Below are positions 60,560-64,000 of a stretch of 64,000 bases of DNA, one piece after another; the first letter of the stretch is position 1; every line of letters begins with the position of its first letter. This stretch comes from Blastocladiella emersonii ATCC 22665 (taxonomy: Eukaryota > Fungi > Blastocladiomycota): positions 1-64,000 of the forward strand of contig JANHCV010000003.1 in the NCBI GenBank assembly GCA_025594325.1, given 5' to 3'. The notes beneath the pieces were generated by a model. The model worked only from the letters and a program-made list of their open reading frames with translations. It was not told the DNA's origin and did no database searches. A program made the position numbers and the translations under genes.

Positions 60560-62901
60560 ATGACCATCAACGAGATCCCCACCTCCGGCCTCGTCGGCCG
60601 CGCGCGCGCCACTTTCGAGTCGCTCACCGCATCGCGCTCCTCGTCGGGCCTCATCACGTCGTCGTCTTCGGCGTGCTGCCGCTCGGCGCCCGCCTCGGCC
60701 AAGGTCGCGGACCTCATCAAGATCTTCTCGGCCGTGCCGCTCCACGCGGCGACGCCCTCGGTCGCTCCCGCCCCGACCGTCTCGGGCACCACGGCCAAGC
60801 CCGTCGTCGTCACCGACGCCCCCAAGCCCGCCGTCCTTACGGGCAACACCAAGGTCACCGTCTCGTCCTCAGTCGCCATCTCGACCGCTATCGCCTCGCC
60901 GGCCACCAGTTCCGCCGCCATCTCCGCGACTACCCCCGCACCCGCCTCGCTTCCGCTTGCCGCCGCAGCCCAGATCAGCAAGGAGCCGTACCACCGCCCG
61001 TATGCCGACCTCGTCGACAACGGGCCAGATGTGCCTCTCAGTCTGGTGCACGCGGCGGCGGCGGGACCGACTGCCGGTACGGGCAAGGTCTCGGTGCGCG
61101 ACGACGACAACTTCGCTCCTGTGGCACCGGCGCCGGCCTCGGCCTCAACGTCTCTCGGATCAGACCCCTCGGCCTCGTCACGGTCGTTATCGGCCGGCTC
61201 GCGGCTCGGCGCGCACAACGTACGCTCATTCTGGCTCGTGCGCCGCGTTTCGACCGTGTACTGACTGACCCCGATCCGTGTAGGCCCTCGACCAAATCAC
61301 GGTCCCCATTAGGCCGCCAACTTCGGCGCCCTCGTCTGTGTCGCCTCCTGTTCTTCGCGACGATCTTCTCGAGGTACACCTCGTCGTTTCTGCTCATCCG
61401 GATCGAGACCGTGTTCTGACTCGCATCGTGTAGACTCTCGAGAACCATCTGCCCACTTCCTCGTCGTGGCCATCGCAGGCCTCGGCCTTCTCCTCTTCGA
61501 CATCCTCGCTAGTGCTTGGCACGGACACCACGTTTCCAACAACATCGGTTGCCAGTCTCTACCAGGTACGCTCGTTCGGGCCCGTGCACTGGCCCCGAAC
61601 GCAAACTGACCATTGATTTCTAGACGGAGGATGAGCTCTCGGTTGCGGTCCCTCACGTCATGCTCCCGGCCAAGAAGTCGCCGGCCGGTATCGGCTCGCG
61701 CACATCGGCGGCTGTTCGCCGCGCCACGGTCGCAGTGCGCCAGGTCGCGCGGTCGGCCAAGGACACGGCCCGCAAGACGATCGGGTCCATCAAGGTCGCC
61801 GCCCGCCGCGTAGTCAAGGAGGCCAAGCCGGCCAAGCCGGCCGTCTCGCAGGACGGACGGGCCGCGGCTGTCGCCAACGTCGCGGCGGCCCTCGAGCCGC
61901 AGCACGGCCAAGATGTCGTCGGCGGTGCGCAACAGCAGGTCGACCAGCACCACGCCGCTGGCGCGGAGCAGCAGGAGATCGACGACCAGGTCCTCGACGA
62001 GCAGGCGCCCCACCACGGCGTCGGCACCGAGGAGGACCTCGCCCAGAGCCAGGTCAACGGCGGCGACGCCGTGCCCGAGCCAGATCACCACGCCGAGGGC
62101 AGCGAGCAGCAGGAGGTCGACGGCGGCCATGCTCACGGTCACGCTGACGGACAGGCCGGGTCGGAGGACGCCTCGTCCATGCCCGAGATGCTCGACTTTG
62201 CGGCCGAGAAGGGCGACGAGTTCGCGTGCCCGGACCGCGTCGGCGGCGTGGGCGTGCGCGACGCTGAGGTCGACGAGGTCGAGGCCAACAACGTGTTCGG
62301 GCTGGGCCGCGCCCTCGCCGCAAAGCTCCCCAGGGAGTACTGCGAGACCCTCGTGCGCATCAAGCGCGACCTGCCGAACGTGCTGATCGACTTCGTGGGC
62401 CAGTACTTTGGGTACTCGGCCGCCCCAGGCGAGTCGGTCCTGTCGCACGAGGCCGTGGAGCGCCTCGCTGCCTTCGTCCGCGTGCACCGCAAAGCGCCCG
62501 GCGAGATCGCCCTGATGGGCCTCATGTTCAACACGGCCGCCACCGTCTCGGACAAGCGCGAGGTGCGGGTCCTGTACAACAAGCAGTACGCCAAGGACAT
62601 TGCCGAGGGCACGGCCTCGTTCGCCACGGCGCTCCGCGTCATGTTCCCGGACCTGTTCGACACGCCGGAGCGGGTCGCCGACGTGGTGCCATACCTGCAG
62701 TACCTGGCGCGCATCGATGACGCGTTGGTCGTCGCGGCGGTGACCCGGCGCGAGGACCCGGACGTGCCGTCGCGCCAGCTCGCGGCCGCGGCGCTGCTGC
62801 ACCTGACGGCCAACCAGTTCGTCGTCGCCGACGAGAAGCGCAGCGACGCGCTCATGGGGATGTACTACCTGATCAAGTTCATCGGCCGCGAGTCCCAGTA
62901 G
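60560..62901 (+). CDS. Orphan protein, family member B, 4 exons
   Basis: CACCATG start; three phase-0 canonical introns (61220-61283, 61374-61433, 61566-61623) join ORF 60461-61264 to ORF 61660-62901; C-terminal domain homologous to 38176-38757. Confidence 0.8.
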
Positions 62902-64000
62902 TAGCGGTCCGCGGCTGTTTGTTATTAGTTTTCTGTTTTGTTTGGTTGCTCTCGAGCGTTGTACATATACACCTAATTTGCTCGGATACCGCTCGTTTTC
63001 TCATTTGAAAGGGTTCTGCGCGTTGCTGGCCTTGCTGCCGCGGCTGCTTGAGGTGACCCGCCGCCACGGCGACAGTCGTGGTCGTCCATTGCGAGCACCT
63101 TTCAAGGGTAACGATGTATTGCCGAAAATCCTTAGGGATACATTGCACAAGACCGTGAAGCGACCGTTTCGGGCCACGGTTTCCCGGTCGAAGAGCGGGA
63201 AACCGCCGAAGAAGATTGCGGGTGAGGAGCAAGAGCGCAACAACTCTTGGTGGCCACGGCTTTGATCAACTCCTTCCGGTTCTTTGACGCAGCGGAGCCC
63301 TTGCCGTAGTCGAGTTGAGACACGAGCTGGCGGTTGCTCTCGACGTCCGGTTGATCATGAGCGAGCTCGCGGGGAGGAATGTGGCGAGGGGCACGGTGAT
63401 GGCGAGCCCGGCAACGAAGAGACTGGCCGGGTAGAAAATGGGGTTCTGCGTTTGCGTGAGTCTGGCGAGCGGGAGAGACCTTTGGCCAAGCCGTACACGT
63501 CGCCGACGACTCAGCGCGAGGACACGGAGCGAGGGACTAGACTCACACCTCGACGTGGGCGAGCGGCTTCACAAGCGGGAACACCCAGGCGACGATAAGT
63601 GTGAGGGCACCGAGGCGAGACTACGTGATGGGCTCTATGGCGGCGTTGGTAATACACGAGCCCGCCAAAGGCATCAATCGAGCTCGCCAAAATTGGATCC
63701 CGGCACGTAAGAAACTGCTAGCATGAGTCCGTACTCACAGAGTTGCGTAGCGGAAGAGCAGAAGGTTTTTGAGGAAGCGGTGCAAGACAGGGGTAGCGTG
63801 TAACCGGCCGTCGCATTCTCGGTTGCACGGGAAGGGTACATTTTCAGGTGTTGGCGAATTCGTAGCACTATGAGTGACCTGAGAGATCGCAGTCCGAGAG
63901 CACGGCGCGCTCAAGTTCGGCCTTGCTATACTGCGCCGCCGGTCGGCGTGTGCTCACGGTCTGTCCAGTACAAGGCCCGCTTAATAAGTTTCAGCAAGTT

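Noticed and set aside
1107-62802. Many long antisense or alternate-frame ORFs (for example 2852-4417, 11776-12981, 27300-29405, 51002-52648, 56813-57661)
   Set aside because: They shadow real genes on the opposite strand or frame; high GC3 suppresses stop codons, and the products are Arg/Ala/Gly-rich with no motifs.
62902-64000. Short ORFs in the terminal low-GC tract
   Set aside because: No codon bias or recognisable transposase, RT or integrase motifs; cannot be assigned.

Overview
High-GC eukaryotic (fungal) genomic DNA with short spliceosomal introns (mostly about 58-83 nt, GTACG/GTGCG donors, CTGAC/CTAAC/CTCAC branch points, YAG acceptors). The combination of fungal genes (WOPR factor, AUR1, PNS1) with genes lost in many Dikarya (SMU1, WDR7, a profilin-4-like gene) suggests an early-diverging zoosporic fungus, possibly Blastocladiomycota (inference). 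Housekeeping blocks: SMU1, DHX35-like, PFN4-like, SLC43-like MFS, Gti1/Pac2 (WOPR) factor, PNS1, IPP1, MTR4, WDR7, AUR1, UFD2, EGD1. Between them lie lower-GC accessory tracts (about 19.4-21.9, 29.4-32.6, 36.8-48.9 and 58-64 kb) holding a decayed hevein/CBM18 gene, a decayed non-LTR retrotransposon (RNase H + CCHC), an intronless ResIII-like SF2 helicase and orphan genes. Best leads: (1) two orphan genes 24 kb apart share an unrecognised C-terminal domain of about 190 aa; (2) the DHX35-like helicase has lost its catalytic motifs and sits head-to-head with SMU1; (3) a ResIII-type SF2 helicase lies back-to-back with a LINE relic; (4) an apparent GT-AC intron. No rRNA, CRISPR array or convincing tRNA was seen. 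All homology calls are from motif recognition by eye; no searches were run.
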